A DNA stretch of 64,000 bases from Ostrea edulis (Eukaryota), in NCBI RefSeq assembly GCF_947568905.1, contig NC_079173.1, forward strand, positions 31,310,001 through 31,374,000, in the 5' to 3' direction. Under the pieces are notes generated by a model, which was not told the DNA's origin, searched no databases, and saw nothing but the letters and a program-made list of their open reading frames with translations. Made by a program: the position numbers and the translations under genes. Below, piece by piece: positions 23,712-36,637 of the stretch; positions within the stretch are counted from its first letter, which is position 1, and every line of letters starts with the position of its first letter.

Positions 23712-23753
23712 TTCACCTGATGATGGATGTTAAAATCCAGAAAGCGCTAGTGG
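23712..23753 (+). ncRNA. Minimal type I hammerhead ribozyme motif (Penelope-like LTR remnant)
   Basis: Stem I TCAC/GTGG, core CTGATGA (23717-23723), stem II TGGAT/ATCCA, GAAA (23740-23743), palindromic stem III AGCGCT and a UA cleavage site (after 23749). Confidence 0.65.
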
Positions 23754-23837
23754 TTTAAATATTTTTTGGAACTGTATATTTTCCTACTTTTTTTAATGAA
23801 TTATTTTGACTGTGTGATATCAACTCTTTCTATTTGG

Positions 23838-23885
<48 letters not shown>

Positions 23886-23921
23886 CACTGAAAAGGCCAC
23901 GACACTGTTGGTTATTTAAAA

Positions 23922-23960
23922 CTCAAATTTTCGACGCAACCCGCGTCTTTATCAAGAGAC
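23922..23960 (-). ncRNA. Second hammerhead-like motif (U3-A8 variant, degenerate stem III)
   Basis: The minus strand reads GTCTC-TTGATAA-A-GACGC GGGTT GCGTC-GAAA-ATTT-GAG. Confidence 0.45.
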
Positions 23961-24152
23961 ATAAATTACATAAACAAATAACACACAAAAACGACAAGTA
24001 TCGATAAACTACATTGGTGAGAAGAGTGATACACTATTGTACTGAGTGATAAAAATGGTGGTGGTTACGTTGTAAAGCGTGTTTACTGACTATGGTTTAG
24101 AGAGTTTGTACCATGGTCGGGTAGGGATGAAAATAAAATTATTCTTGAAAAA

Positions 24153-24237
<85 letters not shown>

Positions 24238-24279
24238 GCCAGTATTCTTTAAAAAAAATTCAGTGTGATTTACAGGGGG

Positions 24280-25875
24280 TGAGTATTGGAGGGTGGGTTT
24301 GAATTGGAGGGTGGGGTGTGAATTGGAGGGTGGGTGTAAATTGAAGGATGGGGGTGTAAATTGAAGGATGGGGGTGTAAATTGGAGGATGGAGTGTGAAT
24401 TGGAAGGTGGGGATGTAAATTGGAGAGTGGGGGTGTGAATTGGACGGTGGAGGTGTGAATTGGAGGGTGAGGTGTGAATTGGAGAGTGGGGTGTGAATTG
24501 AAGGATGGGGTGTGAATTTGAAGGTGGGGATGTGAATTGGAGGGTGGGGATGTGAATTGGAGGGTGGGGTGTGAATTGAAGGGATGGGGGTGTGAATTGG
24601 AGGGGGTGTAAATTGAAGGGTGAGGTGTGAATTGAAGGGTGAGGTGTGAATTGGAGGGTGGGATGTGAATTGGAGGGTGGGGTGTGAATTGGAATGATGG
24701 GGGTGTGAATTGAAGGGTGGGGTGTGAATTGGAGGGTAGGGATGTGAATTGGAGGGTGGGGTGTGAATTGGAGGGATTGGGGTGTGAATTGGAGGGTGGG
24801 GATGTGAATTGGAGGGTGGGGTGTGAATTGGAGGGTGGGGTGTGAATTGGAATGATGGGGGTGTGAATTGAAGGGTGGGGTGTGAATTGGAGGGTAGGGA
24901 TGTGAATTGGAGGGTGGGGTGTGAATTGGAGGGATTGGGGTGTGAATTGGAGGGTGGGGATGTGAATTGGAGGGTGGGGTGTGAATTGGAGGGATTGGGG
25001 TGTGAATTGGAGGGTGGGGGTGTGAATTGGAGGGATGGGGGTGTGAATTGAAGGGTGGGGTGTGAATTGGAGGGTGGGGGTGTGAATTGAAGGGTGGGTG
25101 TGAATTGGAGGGTGGGGGTGTGAATTGGAGTGATGGGGGTGTGAATTGAAGGGTGGGATGTGAATTGAAGGGTTGGGTGTGAATTGGAGGGATGGGGGTG
25201 TGAATTGAAGGGTGGGATGTGAATTGGAGGGATGGGGTGTGAATTTGGAGGGATGGGGTGTGAATTGGAGGGAAGGGGGTGTGAATTTAAGGGTTTGAAG
25301 TGAATTGGAGGGTGTTGTGTGGATTGAAGTTTGGGGTGTGAATTGGAGGGTGGGGTGTGAATTGAAGGGTGGGGATGTGAATTGGAGGGATGGGGGTGTG
25401 GATTGAAGGGATGGGGGTGTGAACTGAAGGGTGGGGTGTGAATTGGAGGTTGGGGTGTGAATTGAAGGGTGGGGTGTGAATTAGAGGATGGGGTTGTGAA
25501 TTGAAGGGTGGGTGTGAATTGGAGGGTGGAGATGTGAATTAGAGGGTGGGGTGTGAATTGGAGGGTGGGGTGTGAATTGGAAGGCGGGGATGTGAATTGA
25601 AGGGTGGGGTGTGAATTAGAGGGTGGGTGTATGAATTGAAGAGTGGGGTGTGAATTGGAGGGTGGGGTGTGAATTGAAGGGTGGGGTGTGAATTGGAGGG
25701 TGGGTGTGTGAATTGAAGGGTGGGGTGTGAATTGGAGGGCGGGGATGTGAATTGAAGGATGGGATGTGAATTAGAGGGTGGGTGTGTGAATTGAAGGGTG
25801 GGGTGTGAATTGGAGGGTGGGGTGTGAATTGAAGGGTGGGGTGTGAATTGAAGGGTGGGGTGTGAATTGAAGGTT
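24280..25875. repeat. G-rich minisatellite, 18-20 bp unit, ~80 copies
   Basis: Unit GTGTGAATTG(G/A)AGGGTGGG(G) with variants; strongly strand-asymmetric. Confidence 0.97.
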
Positions 25876-26184
25876 AACACTGGTAAGACGCTTAAACCAC
25901 TGTAACCTATCCGCTTTGTGGATGTTGTGGGAGGTAAGCAGTGAAATATGTCTGTCGATATATGCGAGCACATTCCTTCCTACCTCCATTTTTTCAGAGG
26001 TGTTCTGTATTTCGATTAGGAGATATGCGTAGGGCGGGGCATTGACGTTGTCTTTCCTGTTTTACCCCCCCCCCCAAAAAAAAAATCGGAGCCACACTAG
26101 ATGTATCAAGAATGGTTCAGGAGTGCATCAACGCTATGAAAAAGGTTTTCACAGTAAAAAAAAAACAACTAAAATAAGACATAT

Positions 26185-26975
26185 ATAATGAGACAATTAA
26201 AACATGACCTTCATAATGAAACAACTAAAGCATGACCTCTATAATGAGACAACTAAAGCATGACCTTCATAATGAGACAACTAAAACATGACCTTTATAA
26301 TGAAACAGCTAAAATATGACCTCTATAATGAGACAACTAAAACGTGACCTCTGTAATGAGACAACTAAAACATGACCTTTATAACTAGACAACTAAAGCA
26401 AGACCTCTATAATGAAACAGCTAAATATTGACCTATGTAATGAGACAACTAAAGCATGACCTCTATAATAAGACAACTAAAGCGTGACCTCTATAATGAG
26501 ACAACTAAACCATGACCTCTATAATAAGACAACTAAACCGTGACCTCTATAATGAGATAACTAAAACATAACCTTTATAATGAGACAACTAAAGCATGAC
26601 CTATATAATGAGACAACTAGAGCGTGACCTATATAATGAGACAACTAGAGCATGACCTATATAATGAGACAACTAAACCATGACCTTTATAACGAGACAA
26701 CTAGAGCATGACCTATATAATGAGACAACTAAAATAAGATCTATATAATGAAACAGCTAAATTTTGACCTATATAATGAGACAACTAGAGCATGACCTAT
26801 ATAATGAGACAACTAAAATATGACCTATATAATCAGACAACTAAAGCGTGACCTATGTAATGAGACAACTAAAATATGACCTATATAATCAGACAGCTAA
26901 AATATAACCGATATGATGAGACAGCTAAAATATGACCTATATATTGAGACATCTAAAGCACGACCTTTATAACGG
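26185..26975. repeat. 28-bp minisatellite, ~28 copies
   Basis: Unit ATAATGAGACAACTAAAGCATGACCTCT with variants. Confidence 0.95.
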
Positions 26976-27807
26976 ACCGTTCATTCTTTGTCAATTGATT
27001 CACAAGGACGTCAAAACCAGATGATACCTCGTCCACTGCGGTGATTGATGTTTGACCTCAAACGATGGGATAAAATCAATTTTTATAGTGGTACTTGTCC
27101 ATTTCCTCGTAAGTGCTTTATCACCATGGGTACTGTTACAGTCGATAATTTGTAGGGTTGATTTTGAATACAACCTTGATATTTTTAGTAAGTGTGATTA
27201 AATTTAAGGTAAGTTTCAACACGACATATTACTAAATATTAACGCGCCTCATGAAGTACGTCGGCTTGAAGCGTGGGTTGCAGTTCAGATCCTTTTCTTA
27301 GTCGACTCGCGTAGTGAGTTACTCTTTGGCATCGCGTCCGTTCTGAGGATTCACCGCTTCCCTACCACCTTAGCTCATACACAATTGAATATAGTTTGAC
27401 TGGCAGTGTATGTTTTGTTAAATAAAATCATTGACGTGTCCATGAAATTCTTAAGGTAGCGACGGATAGCAACCACGTGATCAGTAAAAATTGTGTATTT
27501 TCACGTGAATTCATTTTCCGGGATTCCTTACTCCGTCATAGAATAGTCGAAAAACAAAAAGGGGTTCCGAAAGTGTTTTGTTGCTGTGATTGACTCGTCT
27601 AAGAGAAAATATGCACATACCACATAAGTATACGTCAATATCTGTAATAATGGCAGATCGAATGTTTCATCTGTGTGAAACTTTTTGCTAATCGAAATGT
27701 TAAACCAACCACCAATCCATGTACATAGATGCGTAAACGAAGTTGTTGGTTGATACATCGTAATGTCCGAGTGTAGCATGCTGCGAGATTAAATTCTGTT
27801 TATACAG

Positions 27808-28860
27808 TCATTGAGAGGCTAAACAAAGTTTCTTGCAAGAAGAGGAAGTTGGTGGATGCATTCAACTTGGACAACTTGGACAACGAAATCATAGTTTCGT
27901 TTGGTGAGTGAAAAAAATGCTATAAATTTGTATTCAAAAGTTCAACTCACATTTCCTCTGCTATTTCACATCGCGATTTATAATAACATCTGTAAGTTTA
28001 AACACACGACATACAGTAGATGTATTATTTTTTATGTATATATGTATTCCATGTGTGCTTAAAATATAACTCCCACCTGTGCATGTGATTGTAAACGAAC
28101 GGATGTCATGTAAATGTATACCACATTTGTAAACATGGGCTCTCACAACTCTTTTATTAAGAAAATATCGGTATTAAAATAACCGTTACGAAAATAACAT
28201 ACCTTGAACTACATGTATAAAAGTAATGAAAAACAAATATCTGTATAGACCTACTATCTAGGGATATGAGGGAACCGGATAGAAAGTGGAGGGGGGGGGA
28301 GCATGTGTTAAATTATAATTCCCTAGACTATAGTATACATATACTATTACTTTGAAATTTCAGTGACCTAAGAAATATATCAAACCTGAGGTTTCATGTT
28401 TCACACAAACATGTAGGTTGGCAAAACCTTTTTAAAAATAATGTAAATTAATCACAAGTCTGCATATGCCCTCTCATAGGCAAATGTATGCACTGTATGT
28501 ATAAGTAAGATATGTATACTACACGTATGCCCTTCTCTTGACCCACATTTTGTAAATAAAACAGATATGATGAGTCAATGGCAGTTTATGAAAACATATA
28601 TACATGTCATTTCATATTGCAATTTATAATTTTGAAACATCAGTATTTAAATTTTCACTGAATATGTGTTGAGACACAATTTTAAAATTCACATTGTCTC
28701 ACGCAGTCTAATTACTCAATGGTATGATATAGACCTAACTGTGCAGATATCAATTATGATGATCTTTTTTCTAGGCATCAGCCTGAAGACCAAGGGAGGT
28801 TAGATAGGACCAGTGCAGGTTGAAGTGGATTTCGAGTCAACAAGTATAACAGCAAGAGAG
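27808..28860 (+). pseudogene. Two phase-compatible exons of an unidentified, probably decayed gene
   Basis: 27808-27903 (tatacag|...|gtgagt; 96 nt, open: IERLNKVSCKKRKLVDAFNLDNLDNEIIVSF) and 28775-28860 (ttctag|...|gtacta; GISLKTKGG*IGPVQVEVDFESTSITARE, with an in-frame TAG). No family recognised. Confidence 0.4.
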
Positions 28861-31422
28861 GTACTATATTTTCTTTTGATAAACATTTGTAAAGACAATT
28901 CTGAGTATATCAGATATTCATCTTTTTTGCTATATCTAAATATATTTATCTATATTTTGAACAGGTACTCCATTTACAGTGATGATGACATATCCCCTGG
29001 ACCCCACAACTCCACAAATTTAAAAATGTTTGATCCAGTTCAAAGATTAAAGAACTACTGCAAAATTTGGGACTTGGATGAAAAACATTAATTCACTTAT
29101 ATGAGCTCAGAGCAGTGGATGTTGTACAACATACTTTAAACTAAATTGTGAATTTAAGGGAAAACAAGTACATGTACTCGTGTATTACATGTACGTGTCT
29201 TTTGAAAGACAATAATATTGCATAGATGTAAAGGAAATTTCAATGTTGATTATTCTTTCTTAGATATATTAGTAAAAAATGTGCACATGATAGAATATCA
29301 ATTTTATAACTTCAATCAATGTGTTTGAATTTTCATTGTAATTCAAAATTTAGTGGAAACATACATCATTGATACATTAATGTATATCAAATTTTTAGAA
29401 ATGTTTCATAATGGAACTAATTCACCACCCCTCCCCCTTATACATACAGTGAACATAGACCTTCACCTGGGGAAAACTACAGTTAGTTAATGCAATATAC
29501 ATGTACATGCATTCTCAATTATCCAATAGTGAGTTTTTGGTTCTTTGTGAAAGTACAATTATAAATCTTAAACTTATGAAAGACACACCTATCTGTGAGG
29601 GCAAGATGACTCAGATGGACTTAAATGTAGTGATCCATGGGCAGTCCATGGGTCTCTTTCCATTGATATTAATTATTTGTTGAAATATGAAATGGTTATT
29701 TAAACATATTTGGTGTATTATACTGTATAGTGATATAAATTTCTATAAAAAGTGTGTATAGGTAATAGATTTGGCCCAGTTATTACAAGAAATTGTATGA
29801 AAAATAACTAAATATTTAGGCAATCATTATGAGTGCGAAAAGGTCAACTGCAATAGCACACAATATATATCATTCTTAAATGGCTCATAGAAACTTCTAG
29901 TATTGCGAGTTTGAATGCTCAATGTGGTAATTTGGGAATGCTTAATCATTTAAGGTCAATAGTTTATCTCTGCTGACTGTATCTTTTAAAATTCATTTTT
30001 AGAAGGGAGGGGGTAGGGTTGCAAAATCTGACATAGTTTCAGATTAAACCTCATTTGGTATATTTTTTTCTATTCAATATTTTAGATACTACTTGACTTA
30101 TTGTAAAAATGAAATAAAATCAGAAATTTTATGAGCAGAATTTTGTTGTTGTCAGAAAATGTATGCCTGATAGTATTTGAGAAACGCCATATTTAGGGTA
30201 AATTTGGCCAATTGCCAAGTCGAATCATCCCAATGTTTTCCTTAGATGCATTTTGAATTTCTAATCAATGTTGACCTTTTATCTGTTTGTGTTTAATATA
30301 CACAACTATATATGACAAACAATATTTCTGGTGTCAATAAAATTTTTATTGGCTTCTGTGTTAATTTGCTCAATTTTGACATTTTTTGCCTTTTGGGGCT
30401 GTAAAAGAGGGAATTTCAATCTCGCTTTCCTCGAAAATTAACCTGATTACTTTTGTTGATTTTTTGATATGTTGTAGAATAAAGTCAAAATGTTATAATA
30501 AATAAAATTGAAAAAAATTCAATGAGCGGTTTTTTTGGGGCTAGCTATCAATAGCTACCTTAATAATGTCAATGGAACACATGTTGTTGGTGAAAGAATG
30601 TGAACATATAGATTTTAGAATTGGGCATCGACCTAGCAGGTCTGCAACTGAATACAGATGAGAGAAGATGAGACTCTGCGGATATGAAAGCAGATACTGC
30701 ATGTCTTTCATTGAATTTAGCATTTGTTAACATGGTTAATAAAGTTATGTATGATATATTAAAATTTTAGCCAAACAATAATGGTGAAAGACTTAGGAAG
30801 TCGAGATAATGATATTTTTAATCGCGCATGAATATGAGGGATAGGATTAGAACTCGGGCTAGATGAATAATTGCATTTAACTTTCCGTGAAAATAAATGA
30901 CATGGTGATTCTTGAACTAATATTCTAAGAGAATTCTGACGAAAATTTATCTGAAATGAATTAACGACTCCTATATTTGCTTTATTTAAATAAATCAACA
31001 ACGAACGAGTTAACATCATTCACATACACACGTGGTACATTTTTACGGCAATACTTCATCTAAAGAGAAAGAAGGAAGAGGCGATCAAGAGACTTCAAGA
31101 GAATAATTTGTATCGATACCTGCTACAAATTGTTTCCGGCTGTTACTGTTTTGTCTATTGCGGTAGGCTTTTAATATTTGACATACAAGTACCAATAAGT
31201 GATCGTCTCATGCAGATGTGCTGAGTACCATGGATAGTGACCTTTGATCTTGAACGGTTTATGTTCACACAACTTTTGAAGCTTTTGTGGATAAATTCCT
31301 CAAGCCAATGTGTCGTATTCCTAGTTTGTGACGTTGAAATTCAATACTTATCTAGTTAAGCATAATGTACTTAAACATGTACATTTTGTTTTACCATACG
31401 TTAAAGATTCAGAATAAGCTTA

Positions 31423-34400
31423 TAAGTAAGTAAGTAATTTTATTTATTATAGTGGCATGTGTACATATATTCATACATCCAATTTCATCACAATATACAA
31501 ATCAATAAACACCCGGCCCGTCGGGCCTAAATGCCACTTTAAACGTTGATATAATAATATATAATGCAAATAATTGCGCATAATAACATTTTCTATAATT
31601 ATATATACATACATGTGTATACATGTATAATTAGTATATAATGTATAAATAGCTCAGTTGTTGATTTTTCCAAATGTAATAGATTGTCTAAAAGAAAAGG
31701 AGGAGTACAAGTATTTTGCTAATTGTCTTGGGTAGTTTGTAATTAACATTCGAAGAACCTCTACATCTGACATTGAATTTGATCAAATCCCGTGTTTTCA
31801 AACAAAGTTGTTCTGAGTTTAGAATACAATGGACAATAGAGTAAAAAAATGAATTTCGTCTTCCACACAATTTAATGAACACAATGAGCATATTCTTTCA
31901 ACAGCAGGTTCCCCATAATATCTTCCCGTCTCTATTCTTAAAGGTAAAATACTACATCTAAACTGCGACATAATTGACCTAAAGTATTTTGGCATATCCA
32001 ATGTTACATAATTTTCTCGACCAAAGGTTGATTTTATAGACACATAAGTTCGTAATTTAGGTACTTTAAATACTTCATTTTTCCAGATATTGGAGTAATA
32101 GTAATGCATTTTTGTTTGAAGAGCTTTCATGTCTATTAACAATTTTGAGTCAAAATAACTTTCCAGTTCCAAATTTTGCAAAAAAAATTTCCGAGCACTA
32201 CACCAGTTGTTTCTACATATATCATAATCCATTTCAAACACTTTTCTAGTAATTCGTTCACTGTCAAATAACAATACTCTATTCCAAAATCTTATCATAT
32301 TAATCCATCGACGATATTGACTGGGTATCCACCCCGTATCTCCATAGATTGCCAATAAAGGCGCAAAACGATGTACTCCCAAAAAATATCTAATGGCTCG
32401 ATTTTGAACATTATCTATTGACTGGAATTTTTTGAACCCCCAAACACTGGACGAATAGTCTAATATAGGTAAAACGCAAGAGTAAAATAATTTTTCGTAA
32501 GCAGTGAATCCAAATTCTTTGTATTGTAGAGATACTTTTTCCAAGTGCCCGTCCTCCAGCTTTAGCAAGGTTTTCTGCATTTTTTTGTAAAATTTCCAGT
32601 GTAAGTAAATATGATTCCAAGATATTTATAGCTATCTACTATTTCTAATGTATTTGTTCCAATAGTGAATTCAAACTCTGTTCCTTTTGTTCTAGTTTTA
32701 CGAAAATGCATACATTTGGATTTTTCAGTATTTATAAGGACTCTCCAACGCCTGCACCAGTTGTGCAGTTTTTGTAACATACATTGTAGTTCTTCCGGTG
32801 TCTTAGCTATTAAGGCTATATCGTCTGCATATAATAAAACGGACAGCTTTTCATCTGCGATATTTACACCCAAATCCAAAGAGTTTATTTCATGAACAAG
32901 GTCATTTGCAAAAATCGAAAATAGAGTTGGAGATAAGTTATCCCCCTGTTTAACACCAGTTTTACAGCTAAACCAGTTTGTAAGTTTTCCATTTACTCGA
33001 ACGCATGACTCTGAACTTTGGTAAATATTCGTGATCGAGTTATATATTTTACCATTTATATCATTCAACAGAAGTTTATACAACATCATGTCTCTATCTG
33101 CAAAATCAAAACACTTCTTTAGATCAATAAATGCAACATACAGATTTTTGTTATTCTGAATTAGACTGTTCAAAGTAAATACGTGATCTTCGCAGGATCT
33201 CCCTCTTCTAAAACCATTTTGTTCATCTGCCAAAATATCATTATTCTCCAAGTAAGTAACAAGCCTTTTATTAATAAATGCACTATAAAGTTTACTGATA
33301 CAGGATAGGAGACTGATACCACGGTAATTCATTGGCAGGCGTTTGTCCGAGGAGGAATCCTTAAGAATAGGACATATGATAGCTTTCCTCCAGATGGAAG
33401 GGATGATACTTGAATCAAATATAAGTTGAAAGAGATTACGTAATGTTTTAAGGTATTCCATGTATAATGAAAGGATAATGAACAATTTTGAAGGATTTAG
33501 ATCAACATAAAAGTTTATTGTTAAATAATGATGAAAGTGAAGCAGATGAAATTCACATGACTGGTAAATGATTAGAAGCTGACCTTTTCGCACTTAAGAC
33601 TTTTTGGAAGAGTTGTCTGCCCTTTGTAAAAATAAGAAAAATCTAATTTTTTAAAAATGTGTATGGTCAATGATTAATTTTATTTCATATTTTCAGAAAA
33701 AGAAAGTATACGTAACTTTCTACCAAGAGATAATTATGAAAATATAATTTGTTTTTCAAATATTGTAATAAAACATGCTTTTCCCATATACTTCAATGTT
33801 AAATTCTAGGTGAAATAAATCAGGCAGTAAACAAAATTTCGAAAATTCCTATGGTGGATTATTTTTATTTGATGGACCCTTCAAAATGATACCATGATTA
33901 CAAATATTCCACCATCCATTTATTAGATATGAAATATGGTCATTATACATTGAATATATTGAATATCATTGGGAATTTTAGAACACTATATGGAATTTCA
34001 TCATACCCACTAGCAGATTTAGATTTGGAGTGCAGTACAATATCAGAAATTTCTTCCAGTGATATTTCATAATTTAATTCTTCATTGCAGATGAATGATT
34101 GAAGTTTCATATTATTTTCCAACCTTGTTTTTTCTAGCCTTGAACTATCGTAGTGATCTTGAAAAAAATCAGTATTCACACTACCGTTATACAAATTTTG
34201 GAAATGAATTTGCCATCTATTTAAAACTTCTCGTTCATTAGTAATGATATTTCCATCTGTATCTATAACCTCCATTGGCATGTATATTGTATTTCTTGGT
34301 CCAAGCTTTTTGATTTTATTCCAAAATTCAAGTTTATATTCGGTAAAAAGCTCTATAGAGCTTATGTTATTTGTGTTTTATACATGCCGAATTGAAATAA

Positions 34401-35691
34401 AGTTTTCTTATCTTATCTTATCTTATAAAATCTCGTGGGATCCTATTCAGATTAAATCGTGGCTTAGTGCTTTCGACCTTTTCAGATACATGTATTAAAC
34501 CATATTCAGTAACACTAAAATCACAGGTAATAGCCGAGTGATCCGGGAGTTTTGATTTCATACCTAAAAAATCATGTATCTTGAAATCATCTACAATAGA
34601 CTGTACTGTAAACACATTAAAATTTGCAACATATCTAAATATATCTACAGGTATACATATATAGTCAACTACAGATTTACCTTTTCGTGAAATACACGTA
34701 AAATTGTCATCTGGAAATCTGCCATTCAGAACACAAAAGTTTGTTTCATTGAGAAACTCAATAAATTCATGATAAAGTGATACGGAATTGTTCTCCATTC
34801 GGTATTTGAGTTAGTAGTGTTTTCGCGTTAAGTTCTATGAGCCTCTCGGTGTGGGATTTAGAGGACCTTAAGAAAACAGATTTGTACGCTTGACTGCCCT
34901 TCAAGTCACGTTTCTTCCGAAGTATTTCTACTTTCTCCTCGACAGTTGCGAAACTGATTTTCACTAACCCTGGTTTCCCCTGAATCCGACTCCCGAGCCT
35001 AGCAGCCGCGACTACACTAATCGAATCACTCAGACAGTCAACAAGATCCTGTGCAACTTGTAGAATGTCCTCTTCGTCTGACTGAGGTATATTACTAGCT
35101 ATTATGGTTACCTCTGAATCCTTGACGGTGCTCGAATGGTGAACAGCTGATCCAGGTTGAGTTGCGTAACTGTGTCCTACTTTCTCTACCTCTTTCACTC
35201 GATGAATAAGAGACTCAACTGACCGTGACAAACTGTCGATCTGGCTTTGCTGTTTACCAAGTTCAAGGTCAAAATCTGACCGCATTGCTTTGAATTTACT
35301 ATCAATACTAGCCATGAACTCATTCTTGAATTTATCAAACTTACTGTCGAAAGATGAACGTAGTTCTTTCTGACCCTTCTGGAGCTGACTCACAGCGTCC
35401 GCTATTACAGTCATCTGGTCAATGATTTTGGTTCCAACGTCATCACTGTCACCACTGTCCCCTTCCGCCATTTTCAACATTTTGGATGATGGTTTCGGAG
35501 TTTGGCCGTCTGACGACCATCTATGTGTCTGTTTGTCTCCGTTCTCTGTCATTCTTAATCACTCACAAATGGTGCAGCTGACGTGACCTTTTATGCACAC
35601 ACCTCTATCGTGAAACCATTTTCTCTTCAGTTCATCATGAGCTGAAAAAACTTCCAACTTGCCATTTCAACGCATGCGCAAAATCCTATAT
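31423..35691 (-). mobile_element. Near full-length LINE (ORF1 + APE-RT ORF2, RTE-X/CR1-like), internally deleted and frameshifted
   Basis: ORF1 34767-35552 (coiled-coil plus RRM-like). ORF2 pieces carry VLNGRF..SVVDY..PDHSA, NYRGISL, QNGFR, FIDLKKCFD, KQGDNLSP, YADD and LRIETGRY..C..C..EDEIHF. The 3' end has AATAAA plus a (TTAC)n tail. CTTATAAG flanks both ends. Confidence 0.92.
33454..33956. mobile_element. ~500-bp TIR MITE interrupting LINE ORF2
   Basis: TATTCCATGTATAATGA / TCATTATACATTGAATA (16/17 match). Removing it restores approximately KFPMI-LKTLRNLFQL. Confidence 0.75.
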
Positions 35692-36057
35692 CTTATAAGA
35701 CGGTGCTGTACGTATACACCCCACCACCACCATCCTTTGTTGGAAATCGTGGACGAGCCGACTCTGGGGCCCTTGAGAGCTTTGATTTCTGTATTACTTT
35801 GAGCCAACTGACTCATCAGAGTAACAAGTACAATAATAATTTCAATTAATTTACAGAGAGGGGGATGTACAAAATAATCAAGTAAAAATTAAACTTTTTC
35901 TTTATAGTGTACAAGCACTCAAAAAATTTCCAATTTCATAAGATCGTTGACATAACTGAATTAATTTAAAAACATATGGTCTAGAATAATAAAAAAATTC
36001 AAAAATTCCCCTCAAATCGTTACACATTGGGCATTTCAATAAAAAATGAAATTCGTT

Positions 36058-36637
36058 CTCAATAGCATGAAGTTACAATATGTACATGTACATAATCTAT
36101 AAATAGCATGAAGGTTACATGTACATAGTCTATCAATAGCATGAAGGTTACATGTACATAGTCTATCAATAGCATGAAGGTTACATGTACATAGTCTATC
36201 AATAGCATGAAGGTTGCATGTACATAGTCTATCAATAGCATCAAGGTTACATGTACATAGTCTATCAATAGCATCAAGGTTACATGTATATAGTATATTA
36301 ATAGCATGAAGGTTACATGTACATAGTCTATCAATAGCATGAAGGTTACATGTACATAGTCTATCAATAGCATCAAGGTTACATGTACATAGTCTATCAA
36401 TAGCATCAAGGTTACATGTACATAGTATATCAATAGCATCAAGGTTACATGTACATAGTCTATCAATAACATCAAGGTTACATGTACATAGTATATCAAT
36501 AGCATGAAGGTTACATGTACATAGTCTATCAATAGCATGAAGGTTACATGTACATAGTCTATCAATAGCATGAAGGTTACATGTACATAGTCTATCAATA
36601 GCATGAAGGTTACATGTACATAGTCTATCAATAGCAT
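36058..36637. repeat. 33-bp minisatellite, ~17.5 copies
   Basis: Unit ATAGCATGAAGGTTACATGTACATAGTCTATCA. Confidence 0.97.

Larger units (their letters stand above)
23640..24235. mobile_element. Two short Penelope-like pLTR/retrozyme-like remnants in opposite orientation, bounded by (TA)n
   Basis: (TA)n tracts at ~23640, ~23840-23882 and ~24155-24235 delimit two units, each with a hammerhead motif. Confidence 0.5.

Noticed and set aside
25539-25989. Pro/His/Thr-rich minus-strand ORFs
   Set aside because: They are translations of the G-rich minisatellite. The short unique part (MEVGRNV..) has no recognisable homology.
26185-26975. 28-bp repeats as a CRISPR array
   Set aside because: Contiguous tandem units with no spacers.
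36059-36637. 192-aa ORF (MLLIDYVHVTF)n
   Set aside because: It is a by-product of a 33-bp (multiple of 3) minisatellite. There are no splice signals or flanking coding context.
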